NCBI GenBank assembly: GCA_050248855.1
Contig: JBFWRP010000007.1
Location: 1 to 64,000, forward strand
Direction of reading: 5' to 3'
Source of the DNA: Planctomycetota bacterium
GTDB lineage: Bacteria > Planctomycetota > PLA2 > JAEUHO01
Length of the DNA stretch: 64,000 nucleotides
In this document: positions 19,289 to 29,058 of the stretch, piece by piece
Layout: each line of letters begins with the position of its first letter
How positions within the stretch are numbered: position 1 is the first letter of the stretch
The notes under the pieces: generated by a model
Seen by the model: only the letters and a program-made list of their open reading frames with translations
What the model was told of the DNA's origin: nothing
Database searches by the model: none
Program-made: the position numbers and the translations under genes

Positions 19289-19463
19289 GGCGATCACCCT
19301 CCCGTACCGATGGAATCGGCTGCCCGCGGCGCCACGTTACCGCCGGCCGCCCCAGGGTACGCGGCCGACCGGTCCGCGGGTCACGAGGCTGTCGCGGGGG
19401 GAGTCGCCTTCCGGCAGGAGGACCGTCGCGGACGACCTGCGGGCAAGCGGACGCATCGGACCA

Positions 19464-19627
19464 CCTTGGCGGCCCGGGCCATCGCGTCGGCCTGCCTTGG
19501 CAGGCCGCGCCAGAGTTGTCGCACCGCATCGGGCCGCCTTGGCGGCCCGGGCCATCGCGTCGGCCTGCCTTGGCAGGCCGCGCCAGAGTTGTCGCACCGC
19601 ATCGGGCCGCCTTGGCGGCCCGGGCCA
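19464..19627. repeat. 73-bp exact tandem repeat (about 2.2 copies) containing the family A palindrome
   Basis: Units start at 19464, 19537 and 19610 and contain GCGTCGGCCTGCCTTGGCAGGCCGCGCCA. Confidence 0.9.
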
Positions 19628-19634
19628 AGAAACA

Positions 19635-19723
19635 TGGTGCCGGGAGAGGGACTCGAACCCTCAGGGGCCGTTAAGCCCACCAGATCCTTAGTCTGGCGCG
19701 TCTGCCAATTCCGCCACCCCGGC
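19635..19723 (-). tRNA. tRNA-Leu, anticodon AAG as assembled
   Basis: GCCGGGG acceptor stem, D-arm TGGCGGAATTGGCAGACGC, anticodon arm CCAGA-CTAAGGA-TCTGG, long variable arm, GGTTCGAGTCC T-loop, discriminator A and encoded CCA. Confidence 0.93.
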
Positions 19724-19752
19724 AGGGGCCAACGCTTGCGGCGCGGGGGGGA

Positions 19753-19780
19753 AGGGTAGCCCTCCGCCCCGGGCTGTCAA
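19753..19780 (-). promoter_or_regulatory. Putative sigma70 promoter of the tRNA
   Basis: TTGACA-N16-TACCCT on the minus strand, ending 30 nt upstream of the tRNA 5' end. Confidence 0.55.
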
Positions 19781-19813
19781 TCGGGGGGGTGGGAATTGCC
19801 CTGCGCCCTACGT

Positions 19814-21964
19814 CTAGCGCTGCCCCCGGGCCCAGGCGACGTCGGGCTCGGCGTCGCGAAGGGCAAGCACGGTCCGGAGCTCCAGATGCTCACCGCTGGA
19901 GAGGACGACGGCGCCGACGCTGCGTAGGCGACGCAGTCCCTCGAGCTCGCGACGGTAGTCCTCGACCATCCGCGGATAGCTCCCGTAGAGATCCTCGACG
20001 GCGCGGTCGATGGCGGCGTTCACCGCCCTGCTCTGCTCGCGGGTCAGCGGCTTGGGGTACCGCGCCTCTTCCCTCTCGCGCACGCGGATCATCAGCTCGC
20101 GGTCGTCGTTGCGCTCGCGCACGACTTGGTTGCGCATGTCCCACAGGAAGCCCCACGGCCGACCCTTCGGGTCGTCGGCCGTCGGAACGCGCGAGAGCTT
20201 CTCCAAGTCGATGAAGAGCGCAGCTTGGCCGGCGGGCGGAAGCGCACGCATCGTCACGCGGAACGTCTCGTCGCCAGCCAGCGAGGACGCCGCCCCGTCG
20301 GCGATGGTGTCGAGGATGTGCTGGAGGTAGGTCTCGTTGTTGGACAGCACGAGGTGTCCCGAGACCACGACGTAGGCGGGCTCCAGGTGCCGGTCGTTGA
20401 GGTCGGCCTTGGGGGCGATCATGCGCGTGTACGTCACGCCACGGTGCGTGGCACGCTCCAGCGAAGCGCTGCCTTCGAAGCCGAGCAGCGGGATCTTCTC
20501 GGCGAGGAACGTGTCGACCTCGTCGGGGCTGGCGCCTTCGCGCAGCTTGACCATGAGGGCGTACGAGGCCAGCGCCTTGGGCTGGTCGTCGGCGTACCAG
20601 CTGGTCTGCGGGTAGTCGTCGTAGGCATCGAGGCGTCCGATGGCGATGGTGGCCGTGTCGTCCATGCGGCTGGCCACGTCGCGCACGAAGTCGTCCACCG
20701 AAGGATAGGCCGTGATTCCCTGGCGCCGCATGCGCTGGAGGTTGCCCTGCAGCAGGCGGTACTCCTCCGGGCTGATCGCCTCCTCGAAGATGGCGCTGAG
20801 GAGATACTTCGGGTCGCAGCGCAGGAACGCGGCAGCGAACGTGGTTCGGGCCGGGACCATCGAAGCGATGCCCTCGGCCACCGGCCGCGGCGCGAGCCGG
20901 TACATCGCGTCCACGATCTCGCCGGCCTCGCGGGGCACGTAGGTGACGCGCCCCCCCATGCGCACGAGGTCGGGCGTGCCCAGGTCGATGCCGCCGTTCA
21001 TCTTCTCGAGCGAGCGTGGGCGGAGGAAGCGCTCGAGGACCTTGAGGCGGTCCTGACGACGCTCGAGGAAGCGGATCAGGTAGCGGGCCAGGGGCTGCAA
21101 GTTGGCCGCGGCCACGACACCATCGGGGTCGAGCTGCGTCTCGAAACCGGGGCGTGCCGAGAAGCTGTCGGCAGCCCCTCCCTCCTTCGTGAGCTCGGCG
21201 ACCTTCGTGATCATGCGTTGGCTGTTGCTGAACGCGATCACGTCCTTCACGCGGCGCACGTACCACTCGTTCTCGGGGGGCATGACGAAGCCGCGCCCGC
21301 AGCCGGAGCGGTCACGCTCCGAGGAGACCCGGACGTTGCGCAGCGTCAGCTTGTAGACCTTGTCGCCCATGTCCTCGAGGTCGCGGAGATCCGGACTGCC
21401 CTGGAGCACCTGGTCGCGGACGAACCCATGGTCCAACGCGGCAAGCGCCAGTCGCGGGCGCCACGTCACGCGCTTGAGGACCAGGATCTCCTGCCACGCC
21501 GGGGGGCTGACGCGCGGGTCCTGGTCCTCGCACCACATGCCGGCGATGGCGATCTCGCCGCGCAGCAGATCCTTCTCGACGCCGAACGTGGCCCACTCGG
21601 TGTCCAGGGGGATCTGGGCGTTGATCTGCCGCTCGATCTCCTCGACCTGGGCCCGCAGGGCGGGCAGGCTGGAGGCCGAGAGCGGCGGCGTCCGGAACTC
21701 GCCCGTCCCGTCGCGCCAGGCCTGCACCAGGGGATGGAGCGCCGCCTGCTCGATGTTGCGCTCGATCCAGCCCGTCTTCTCGATGTCCTCCCAGCGCCCC
21801 CGCACGACGAACTCCGCGTCGTAGGGCACGAGCCCCATCAGGTCGTCGACATCGCCCTCGAGCGGCCAGTACGCAAACCACGTGAAGCCCGCCACGCCGA
21901 TCACGGCGAGGACGACCACGAGCAGGACGAGGCGCTTCAGCCACTTCTTCAGACGCGGGGGCAC
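19814..21964 (-). CDS. Large N-terminally membrane-anchored hypothetical protein (DUF3352-like)
   Basis: Basic N-terminus plus TM helix (KKWLKRLVLLVVVLAVIGVAGF), GHLVLSN-type motif. Start inferred at GTG 21964. Confidence 0.65.
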   Translation of the reverse strand: MPPRLKKWLKRLVLLVVVLAVIGVAGFTWFAYWPLEGDVDDLMGLVPYDAEFVVRGRWEDIEKTGWIERNIEQAALHPLVQAWRDGTGEFRTPPLSASSLPALRAQVEEIERQINAQIPLDTEWATFGVEKDLLRGEIAIAGMWCEDQDPRVSPPAWQEILVLKRVTWRPRLALAALDHGFVRDQVLQGSPDLRDLEDMGDKVYKLTLRNVRVSSERDRSGCGRGFVMPPENEWYVRRVKDVIAFSNSQRMITKVAELTKEGGAADSFSARPGFETQLDPDGVVAAANLQPLARYLIRFLERRQDRLKVLERFLRPRSLEKMNGGIDLGTPDLVRMGGRVTYVPREAGEIVDAMYRLAPRPVAEGIASMVPARTTFAAAFLRCDPKYLLSAIFEEAISPEEYRLLQGNLQRMRRQGITAYPSVDDFVRDVASRMDDTATIAIGRLDAYDDYPQTSWYADDQPKALASYALMVKLREGASPDEVDTFLAEKIPLLGFEGSASLERATHRGVTYTRMIAPKADLNDRHLEPAYVVVSGHLVLSNNETYLQHILDTIADGAASSLAGDETFRVTMRALPPAGQAALFIDLEKLSRVPTADDPKGRPWGFLWDMRNQVVRERNDDRELMIRVREREEARYPKPLTREQSRAVNAAIDRAVEDLYGSYPRMVEDYRRELEGLRRLRSVGAVVLSSGEHLELRTVLALRDAEPDVAWARGQR

Positions 21965-22147
21965 GGGGGTCTCCAAGGCTGCGACCGGAGGGTACCTGCG
22001 AGGGTAGCCGCTCAACCCCTGGGGTGCGGACGTGCGGCGACTCCCCCACTGCGGAGGACCGGGGGCCCCGCGGGCGTTTGACGACGCGGCAGCCCAGGGC
22101 CGGTCGGGCGCTTCCCGCCGCACCAGCACGCGCGTATCGTCCGTCCC

Positions 22148-23359
22148 ATGCGGGCCTTCTCTCCTCACGCGGGCAGTCTTCCGGAATCGGAGACGCTTGC
22201 GATCGCCGCGGCGGCCAAGCGCTTGCGGGCCGCGGGCGTGGACGTGGCGCCGTTCGCCGCGGGCGAACCCGACTTCGACACGCCGGAGCACGTCAAGCAG
22301 GCGGCCATCGAGGCGATCCGGGCCAATCGCACGCGCTATGGACCGGCCGCCGGCCTGCCCGCGCTGCGGGAGGCCGTCGCCGAGCACCTCCGCGAGACGG
22401 GCTTCGCCGAGGCCACTGCCGCCACGACGATCATCGCGCCGGGCGCCAAGGGCGTGCTGTACCTCGGCTTGCTCACGGTCCTGGCGCCGGGCGACGAGGT
22501 GATCGTCCCCGCTCCCGCTTGGCTCAGCTACCGCCAGATGATCCAGGCCGCGGGTGCGCGGACGGTGTTCGTCGAGACGGACCCGGCCGCCGGCTACGTG
22601 ATCGATCCGGACCGCGTCCGGGCGGCGATCACGCCGCGCACGCGCGTGCTCATCGTGAACTCACCGGGCAACCCGACGGGCGCCGTGCAGCCCGTCGAGG
22701 TCTTGCGCGCGCTGGGCGACATCGCGGTCGAACACGACCTGGCCGTGATCAGCGACGAGATCTACGAGAAGCTCGTCTATGCCCCGGCCACGTTCACGGG
22801 GTTCACGGCGGCTGCACCCGCGGCGGCCGATCGCACGCTGATCGTGAACGGCGTCTCCAAGGCCTACGCCATGACGGGCTGGCGCATCGGCTACGGCGGC
22901 GGCCCGGCGTCGTGGATCGATCGCATGATCCGCCTGCAGAGCCACGCCCTCAGCGGACCGGCGGAGATCAACCAAGCCGCTGCGCTGGCTGCCCTCACCG
23001 GCCCGCAGGACGCGATCGAAGCGATGCGTCGCGCCTTCCACGAGCGCCGCGAGGTGATGGTCCAGGCCCTGGCCCGGATCCCGGACCTCCCCCTGCGCAC
23101 GCCCGAGGGCGCGTTCTACGTGTTTCCGGACGTCTCGGCGTACTTGGGGCGCGCCTACGAAGGTCGCGAGCTGGCCGATGCGCCGTCGCTGGCCGCCGCG
23201 CTGCTGGAAGAGGCCCACGCCGCCGTGGTACCCGGCGATGCGTTCGAGGCCCCCTACGCCATCCGCCTCAGCTACGCGTGCGGCGAGGACGACATCCGCC
23301 GAGGGGTGGAACGCATGGGCGCCTTCCTCGCGCGGCTGGATCCCGTCGCGGCGCGGTAG
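22148..23359 (+). CDS. aspC: PLP-dependent class I/II (aspartate-type) aminotransferase
   Basis: AGEPDFDTP, NSPGNPTG, SDEIY and SKAYAMTGWRIG. Confidence 0.85.
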   Translation: MRAFSPHAGSLPESETLAIAAAAKRLRAAGVDVAPFAAGEPDFDTPEHVKQAAIEAIRANRTRYGPAAGLPALREAVAEHLRETGFAEATAATTIIAPGAKGVLYLGLLTVLAPGDEVIVPAPAWLSYRQMIQAAGARTVFVETDPAAGYVIDPDRVRAAITPRTRVLIVNSPGNPTGAVQPVEVLRALGDIAVEHDLAVISDEIYEKLVYAPATFTGFTAAAPAAADRTLIVNGVSKAYAMTGWRIGYGGGPASWIDRMIRLQSHALSGPAEINQAAALAALTGPQDAIEAMRRAFHERREVMVQALARIPDLPLRTPEGAFYVFPDVSAYLGRAYEGRELADAPSLAAALLEEAHAAVVPGDAFEAPYAIRLSYACGEDDIRRGVERMGAFLARLDPVAAR

Positions 23360-23394
23360 CCCTCGCGTACGCACGTACGCCCTTACACGCAGGA

Positions 23395-24345
23395 TCAGGA
23401 CGCGGCTTCCAGACCCTGCAGCGCCAGCTGGCGGACGGCGGGATCGTTGGCGTGCTCGGCCGCGTGGGCAAACAACAGGGCCGCTCGCGGCCGGTCGCCG
23501 TCGAAGCGCAGGGCGATCCACCCCAGGTGGAGCGTGGCGGTACCCGCCTCGGGGGACTCGGGGTGTTGCTGCAAGAGCACCTCGAACGCGCCCCGCGCCG
23601 AACCGACGTGTCCGCGTTCGAGGGCGTCCAGGCCATGCCGCAACAGCAGCCGGGCCTCGTGGTCACGTCCGAGGCGGCGGCTCGTGGGCACGGCCGACGG
23701 CAGCAGGCGGCCTGCGACGACCGCCAGCAGGAACCCGAAGGCGAACCCCCCGACGTGCGCGGCATAGGCCACCGTGCCATGGGCCACGGGCTCGCCGCGC
23801 TCGAGCAGGAGGCGCACCAAGTCGCCCGCGAGGAAGAAGCCGAGCACGAGACGCGCCGGCACCCAGAAGGTGGTGAAGAAGAAGAACCAGAACACGAACC
23901 GCACGCTGTTGCGCGGGAACGCGACGAAGTAGATGCCCTGCGTGGCGAAGATCGCCCCGGAGGCCCCCACCAGCGGCACCGTGCCGTGCGGCTCGAGGCC
24001 GTGGAACACGAGCACGGCCGCAAGGCCCCCCGCGAGGTACGCCGCGAGGAAGCCGATCGGGCCCAAGCGTCCCTCGACGTTGTCGCCGAAGATCCACAGG
24101 AACAGCATGTTCCCGGCCAGGTGCAGCCACGAGCCATGCAGGAACATGCTCGTGAAGAAGGTCTCCACGCGCGGCGCGAGCGGTACGTAGCCCCATGTGG
24201 CCAGGAACAGCTCCTGCGCCTCGGGGGTCGCATGGCGCATGCGCGCCGCCAGGAACACGACGATGTTGACGGTGATCACCGACCACGTCGCCCACGGCCG
24301 GCGCGCGGCGAAGTTGGGCGCGTCGGCGATGGGCAGCAGGAGCAT
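23395..24345 (-). CDS. Rhomboid intramembrane serine protease with C-terminal TPR-like region
   Basis: FLHGSWLHLAGNMLFLWIFGDNVE, GASG and AHVGG. Confidence 0.92.
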   Translation of the reverse strand: MLLLPIADAPNFAARRPWATWSVITVNIVVFLAARMRHATPEAQELFLATWGYVPLAPRVETFFTSMFLHGSWLHLAGNMLFLWIFGDNVEGRLGPIGFLAAYLAGGLAAVLVFHGLEPHGTVPLVGASGAIFATQGIYFVAFPRNSVRFVFWFFFFTTFWVPARLVLGFFLAGDLVRLLLERGEPVAHGTVAYAAHVGGFAFGFLLAVVAGRLLPSAVPTSRRLGRDHEARLLLRHGLDALERGHVGSARGAFEVLLQQHPESPEAGTATLHLGWIALRFDGDRPRAALLFAHAAEHANDPAVRQLALQGLEAAS

Positions 24346-24358
24346 GGCGTCGTCGTCC

Positions 24359-24442
24359 TACGGTGCCAGAGCAATTTCTATCACCCAGGAACGCGCCGCG
24401 TGCGGCGCGTTCCTGGGTGATAGAAATTGCTCTGGCACCGTA
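24359..24442. repeat. 84-bp perfect palindrome (family B)
   Basis: 41-bp arms with a 2-nt centre, same arm sequence as 13084-13180. Confidence 0.9.
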
Positions 24443-24444
24443 CG

Positions 24445-25512
24445 TCAGGCGCCGCCCTCGATCGCCTTCAGCACGATGTCGCCGAACTCGCTCGTGGAGT
24501 GCGCGCCGGCGCCGAGGCTCTTGATCTTGCCCGACTCGAGCACGTGCTGGATCGCGCGCTGGATGCGCGCCGCCGCGGCGGGCTCGCCGATGTGATCGAG
24601 CAGCATGCGTACGGCCTCGATCGTGGCGATCGGGTTGGCCTTGTTCTGACCGCGGTACTTCGGGGCCGAGCCGTGGATCGGCTCGAACATGCTGACCCGG
24701 CCGGGGTGGATGTTGCCCGAGGCCGCGATCCCCATGCCGCCCTGCACCATGGCGCCCAGGTCCGTGATGATGTCGCCGAACAGGTTGGGCGTGACGACGA
24801 CGTCGAACCACTCGGGGTTCTTCACCATCCACATGCACGCGGCGTCGATGTAGGCGTGGTCCGTCTCGACGCCCGGGTACTCCGCAGCCACCTCGGCGAA
24901 CGTGCGGGTCCAGATGTCCTGGGCGCGGATGGCGTTGGACTTGTCGACCAACGTCACCTTGGGCTTGCCGCCCTTGTTGCGCTTCTTCGCCAGGTCGAAG
25001 GAGTAGCGGATGACGCGCTCGACGCCGTTGCGCGTGTAGATCATCTCGGCGATGGCCACCTCGTAAGGCGTGCCGATGCGGTGGATGCCGCCCAGGCCCG
25101 CGTAGGCGTCCTCGGTGTTCTCGCGGACGACGATCAGGTCCACGTCGTCCGGGCCCTTGTCCTTGAGGGGGCAGAGGTCGGCGCTGTACAGCTTGACGGG
25201 GCGCAGGTTGACGAACAGGTCGAAGTGCTGGCGGACGCCCCAGATGATCTTGCGCTCGAGGAAGCCCGTCTCCACGCGCGGGTCCCCGATGGCGCCGAGC
25301 AGGATCGCCTCGGTCTTGCCCATGGCTTCCAGCGCTTCCGCGGGCATGTCTTCGCCGGTGGCGAGGTAGTGGTCGGCGCCGTACGGGTACATCGTGCGCT
25401 CGACCTTGAAGCCCTCGGCGCCCGCCACGACGTCCAGCACGCGGAGGCCCTCGCGGACGACCTCCTCGCCGATGCCGTCACCCGGCAAGACCGCGATCGT
25501 GTGGCTGCGCAT
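24445..25512 (-). CDS. leuB: 3-isopropylmalate dehydrogenase (beta-decarboxylating dehydrogenase)
   Basis: [40 protein letters not shown] and EPIHGSAP. Adjacent to the dehydratase. Confidence 0.8.
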   Translation of the reverse strand: MRSHTIAVLPGDGIGEEVVREGLRVLDVVAGAEGFKVERTMYPYGADHYLATGEDMPAEALEAMGKTEAILLGAIGDPRVETGFLERKIIWGVRQHFDLFVNLRPVKLYSADLCPLKDKGPDDVDLIVVRENTEDAYAGLGGIHRIGTPYEVAIAEMIYTRNGVERVIRYSFDLAKKRNKGGKPKVTLVDKSNAIRAQDIWTRTFAEVAAEYPGVETDHAYIDAACMWMVKNPEWFDVVVTPNLFGDIITDLGAMVQGGMGIAASGNIHPGRVSMFEPIHGSAPKYRGQNKANPIATIEAVRMLLDHIGEPAAAARIQRAIQHVLESGKIKSLGAGAHSTSEFGDIVLKAIEGGA

Positions 25513-25650
25513 GGGCACTCCTCCCGCCCCCGCGGGCCGCGGGGCCGCAGAGCAGACCACACGACAAGGTCCGGGCGAAGCGTGGAACCGCCCGCCCGAA
25601 CGAAGATTGCATCATGCAATCAGCTCGGCGGCGGCGCCGGGCGGCGGGCC

Positions 25651-27645
25651 TCAGGCGCCGACGAGGGCGGCCAGCCGCCCGGGCTGCCAGGCGGTGATGC
25701 GTCCCGCGACGGCGCTCGCCGCGACGGTCGACGGCGAGGCCAGGTAGAGCCGGCCCGGGCCGGAGCGCCCGCGGAAGTTGCGGTTGATCGCCGACACCGT
25801 GACCTGCTCCGGGCTGTCGCTGACGCCAGGCCCACAGCCGATGCAGGCGCCGCAGCCCGGCGCGATGACCTGGACGCCCGTGGACCGGAACACGTCGAGG
25901 TAGCCCTGGTCGCGCGCATAGCGCTCGACGTCCTCGCTGCCGAACTGGATGAAGAACCGCACCCCGTCGGCGACGCGCAGACCCGCCTCCATCGCTTCGC
26001 GCATCACGGCGGCGTACATGTCGAGGTCGTCGCGCTTGCCGGCCGTGCACGAGCCGCCGTAGGCGATGTCGATGGCCACGTCGCCGAGCTCGGACACGAG
26101 CGCGCCGTTCGTGGGGTCCGACGGGATGCCGCGGTCCGGGTCGCCGGGCGTGGCCACCATGGGCTCGATCGTCGAGAGGTCGATCGTGTGGACGCCTCCG
26201 TCGTAGACGGCGCCTGCATCGGGTGCGACCGCCTTGGCGCGGAGCGCGGTCACGTCCACGCCGGGACGCCGCGCCGCGAACCAGGCCAGGGCCTTGTCGT
26301 CGACCTCGCAGATGCCGGTGCGCGCGCTGCACTCCGTGGCCATGTTCGTGAGCGTCGCCCGCTCGTCCATGGACATCGAAGCGAGGCCCGGACCGCCGAA
26401 CTCCATGATGCGGTTCAGCGTGTGCTGCGGCTTGGCGTGATGCAGCAGGATGTACAGCATGACGTCCTTGGCCGCGACGCCGGGCCCGAGCTCGCCCACG
26501 AGCTCGAAACGGATGCTCTCGGGGACGCTCACCATCGTGAAGCCGGCCTGGATCAGGGCGGCGTACTCGGTGGTCCCGACGCCGTAGGCGAGCGCGTTGT
26601 TGCCGCCGCCCATGCAGGTGTGGCTGTCGGTGGCTTGGATGAAGTCGCCGGGCTCGATGAACTGCTCCCGAGCCACTTGGTGGCAGATCCCCGGGCTCAC
26701 GCCGTCGCGTGCGCTGTAGTCCCGGACGCCCGTGTGGCGCTGGAACGCGCGCTGCAGGTCGCGCAGCTCCTGGATCTGGTCGGCGAAGGGCATCATGCTT
26801 GGCACGCCGTCTGCGTAGATGAGGTGGTCTTCGAAGACCGCGAACTTGGCGGGGTTGGGAAGCGTGTAGTCCTCGCCGAACGCCTCTTCCAGGAACACGT
26901 GCACCTGCGCGGTCGTGAACTCGTGGCTGTAGCCGCCGTCCACGCGCGCCACGACGGAGTCGCCGGGCTTCACGTAGGGCGAGACGTCGCCCACCAGGTG
27001 CGAGGCGATGATCTTCTCGCCCATGGTCATGGGCCGCTTGGGCGTGGTGTGGGCCGGCACCTCGACCTCGCCGGCGCGAAGGGCGGCCCCGAAGGGGAAC
27101 AGGCCGCCCGCGCGGATGATCGCCCGCGTGATCGGGTCGTGGCCTTCCAGGAACTCCCCGATGGCGATCTCGTCGCCGGCCTGCAGGCGCTCCAGCATCT
27201 TGTAGGTGCCCATCAGCACGCCCTGGTTGATGAGGTTGCGTGCGTGGATGGGCGCGAAGGAGGCCGCCACGCTCATGCGGATGCCGGACCACTTCTCGGC
27301 CTGCACGGCGGTCTCGCGGCTGGAGCCCACGCCCTTGCGCAAGCCCGCGACGATGACCTCGAAGCCGCCGTTCTTGAGCGCGTCCGTCGGGACGACGCGC
27401 TTCTTGTCCACGATCAGCCCGGCGTAGGCGTCGCGGGCGAGATCCTCGGGGCGATGGCGGAAGCACACCCACGCCGGCGTCATCGTGTCCGTGTTGATGT
27501 CGTCCAGCAGGTCGGCCGGGTCGATGTCGGCCATCTTCAGGTCGAGCTCGCCCGCCAGCTGGCGGCGGATCAGGTCGGGGTCCTTGGTGAGGAAGAGGAC
27601 CCGCTTGCCGGGGGTCAGGGCGAAGGTCCGAGGGGCCGGGCTCAT
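25651..27645 (-). CDS. Aconitase-family dehydratase, fused small (swivel)-large subunits (LeuD-LeuC order)
   Basis: N-terminal INTDTMTP and GVGSSRETA (LeuD-like). C-terminal FEDH, GICHQ, DSHT, GSCT and GCGACIG (LeuC-like). Confidence 0.88.
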   Translation of the reverse strand: MSPAPRTFALTPGKRVLFLTKDPDLIRRQLAGELDLKMADIDPADLLDDINTDTMTPAWVCFRHRPEDLARDAYAGLIVDKKRVVPTDALKNGGFEVIVAGLRKGVGSSRETAVQAEKWSGIRMSVAASFAPIHARNLINQGVLMGTYKMLERLQAGDEIAIGEFLEGHDPITRAIIRAGGLFPFGAALRAGEVEVPAHTTPKRPMTMGEKIIASHLVGDVSPYVKPGDSVVARVDGGYSHEFTTAQVHVFLEEAFGEDYTLPNPAKFAVFEDHLIYADGVPSMMPFADQIQELRDLQRAFQRHTGVRDYSARDGVSPGICHQVAREQFIEPGDFIQATDSHTCMGGGNNALAYGVGTTEYAALIQAGFTMVSVPESIRFELVGELGPGVAAKDVMLYILLHHAKPQHTLNRIMEFGGPGLASMSMDERATLTNMATECSARTGICEVDDKALAWFAARRPGVDVTALRAKAVAPDAGAVYDGGVHTIDLSTIEPMVATPGDPDRGIPSDPTNGALVSELGDVAIDIAYGGSCTAGKRDDLDMYAAVMREAMEAGLRVADGVRFFIQFGSEDVERYARDQGYLDVFRSTGVQVIAPGCGACIGCGPGVSDSPEQVTVSAINRNFRGRSGPGRLYLASPSTVAASAVAGRITAWQPGRLAALVGA

Positions 27646-27815
27646 GGCGCGGAGTATGGCCCCGCATGCGGGCTGGCACCCGTCTTGGGGGAGCGTCCCG
27701 CGGGGGGAGCCGGGCGCTGGCCCGGGATCGGCTTGGCAGCGCGGCGGTCGGCCCGTATCCCGACGCCCCGCGGGGCACCGTCCGAGGCCTGCTTCCGCGG
27801 CCCTTGGAGATCTGC

Positions 27816-29003
27816 ATGCGCTTCTCGAACGCCTTCGTCCCCGCCGGCGCCGCCTGGTCCTCGCCGTTTGCCAAGTGGCAGGGCTCGCTCTCCAGCCTCC
27901 ACACGGTGCACATGGCCGCCGACGTCACCACGAAGGGTCTCGCGCGCGCGGGCATCGAAGCCAAGGACCTCGACACGCTCGTCTACGGATGGACCGTGCC
28001 GGGCCCGAAGATCTTCTACGGCGGCCCCTGGCTCGCCGGCCTGATCGGTGCGCCGGGCATCACGGGCGCCATGGTCAGCCAGGCCTGTGCGACGTCCGCC
28101 GCGGCCGTGGCGCACGCGGCCGCGCAGGTCGAGCTGGGCGGCAGCGAAGCCGTCGTCGTCGTCGCCGCCGACAAGTGCAGCAATGGCCCCCACCTGCTCT
28201 ACCCCAACCCGGCGGGCCCGGGCGGCAAGGGCGATGCCGAGGACTGGGTCTGGGACAACTTCAGCTTCGACCCGTGGGCGAAGAACTCGATGATCCAGAC
28301 CGCGGAGAACGTGGCCAAGGAGGCCGGCGTCTCCCGCGAGGAGCAGGACGCGCTCACGCAGGTCCGCTACGAGCAGTACCGTGCGGGTCACGACAGCGGG
28401 TTGCTCGCCGAGGTCTTGCTGATGCCGTACGAGGTCAACCCGTCCGGCCGCAAGGTGATCGCCACCCTGACGGACGACGAGGGCGTGTTCCCGACGACGG
28501 CCGAGGGCCTGGCCAAGCTGCGTCCCGTGATGCCCGACGGCACGATCACGTTCGGCTCGCAGACGCACCCCGCCGACGGCGCCGCGGGCCTCGTGGTGGC
28601 GACCAAGGACAAGGCCAAGGCCTGGAGCGGCGGCGCCGAGCCGGCCCAGCTGCTGTCGTACGGCACGAGCCGCGTCGAGAAGGGCTTCATGGCCAAGGCC
28701 GTCGTACCGGCCGCACGGCAGGCGCTGGACCACGCGGGCTTGAAGATCGGCGACATGACGGTCATCAAGACCCACAACCCCTTCGCCGTGAACGACATCT
28801 ACTTCGCGCGCCAGATGGGCATCGCAGCGGAGGACATGAACCCCAGCGGCTCCTCGCTGATCTTCGGCCACCCCCAGGGCCCCACGGGCGCGCGCCTGAT
28901 CGCCGAGGGCCTCGCCGAGGTCCGCCGTCGCGGCGGCGGCTACCTCCTCTTCGCCGGCTGCGCGGCGGGAGACACGTCCGCAGCTTGCGTCTTCAAGGTC
29001 TAG
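27816..29003 (+). CDS. Thiolase family protein
   Basis: QACATS, THPADG, HNPF, GHPQGPTGAR and GCAAG motifs. Confidence 0.88.
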   Translation: MRFSNAFVPAGAAWSSPFAKWQGSLSSLHTVHMAADVTTKGLARAGIEAKDLDTLVYGWTVPGPKIFYGGPWLAGLIGAPGITGAMVSQACATSAAAVAHAAAQVELGGSEAVVVVAADKCSNGPHLLYPNPAGPGGKGDAEDWVWDNFSFDPWAKNSMIQTAENVAKEAGVSREEQDALTQVRYEQYRAGHDSGLLAEVLLMPYEVNPSGRKVIATLTDDEGVFPTTAEGLAKLRPVMPDGTITFGSQTHPADGAAGLVVATKDKAKAWSGGAEPAQLLSYGTSRVEKGFMAKAVVPAARQALDHAGLKIGDMTVIKTHNPFAVNDIYFARQMGIAAEDMNPSGSSLIFGHPQGPTGARLIAEGLAEVRRRGGGYLLFAGCAAGDTSAACVFKV

Positions 29004-29058
29004 GGGCGGCTCGCCGGCTGCTCGGCGGCAGCGGGCGCTGGCCAGCAGGTAGCCGCGC

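Noticed and set aside
19300..19723. Genomic island integrated at the tRNA
   Set aside because: No integrase and no duplicated tRNA 3' end in the window.
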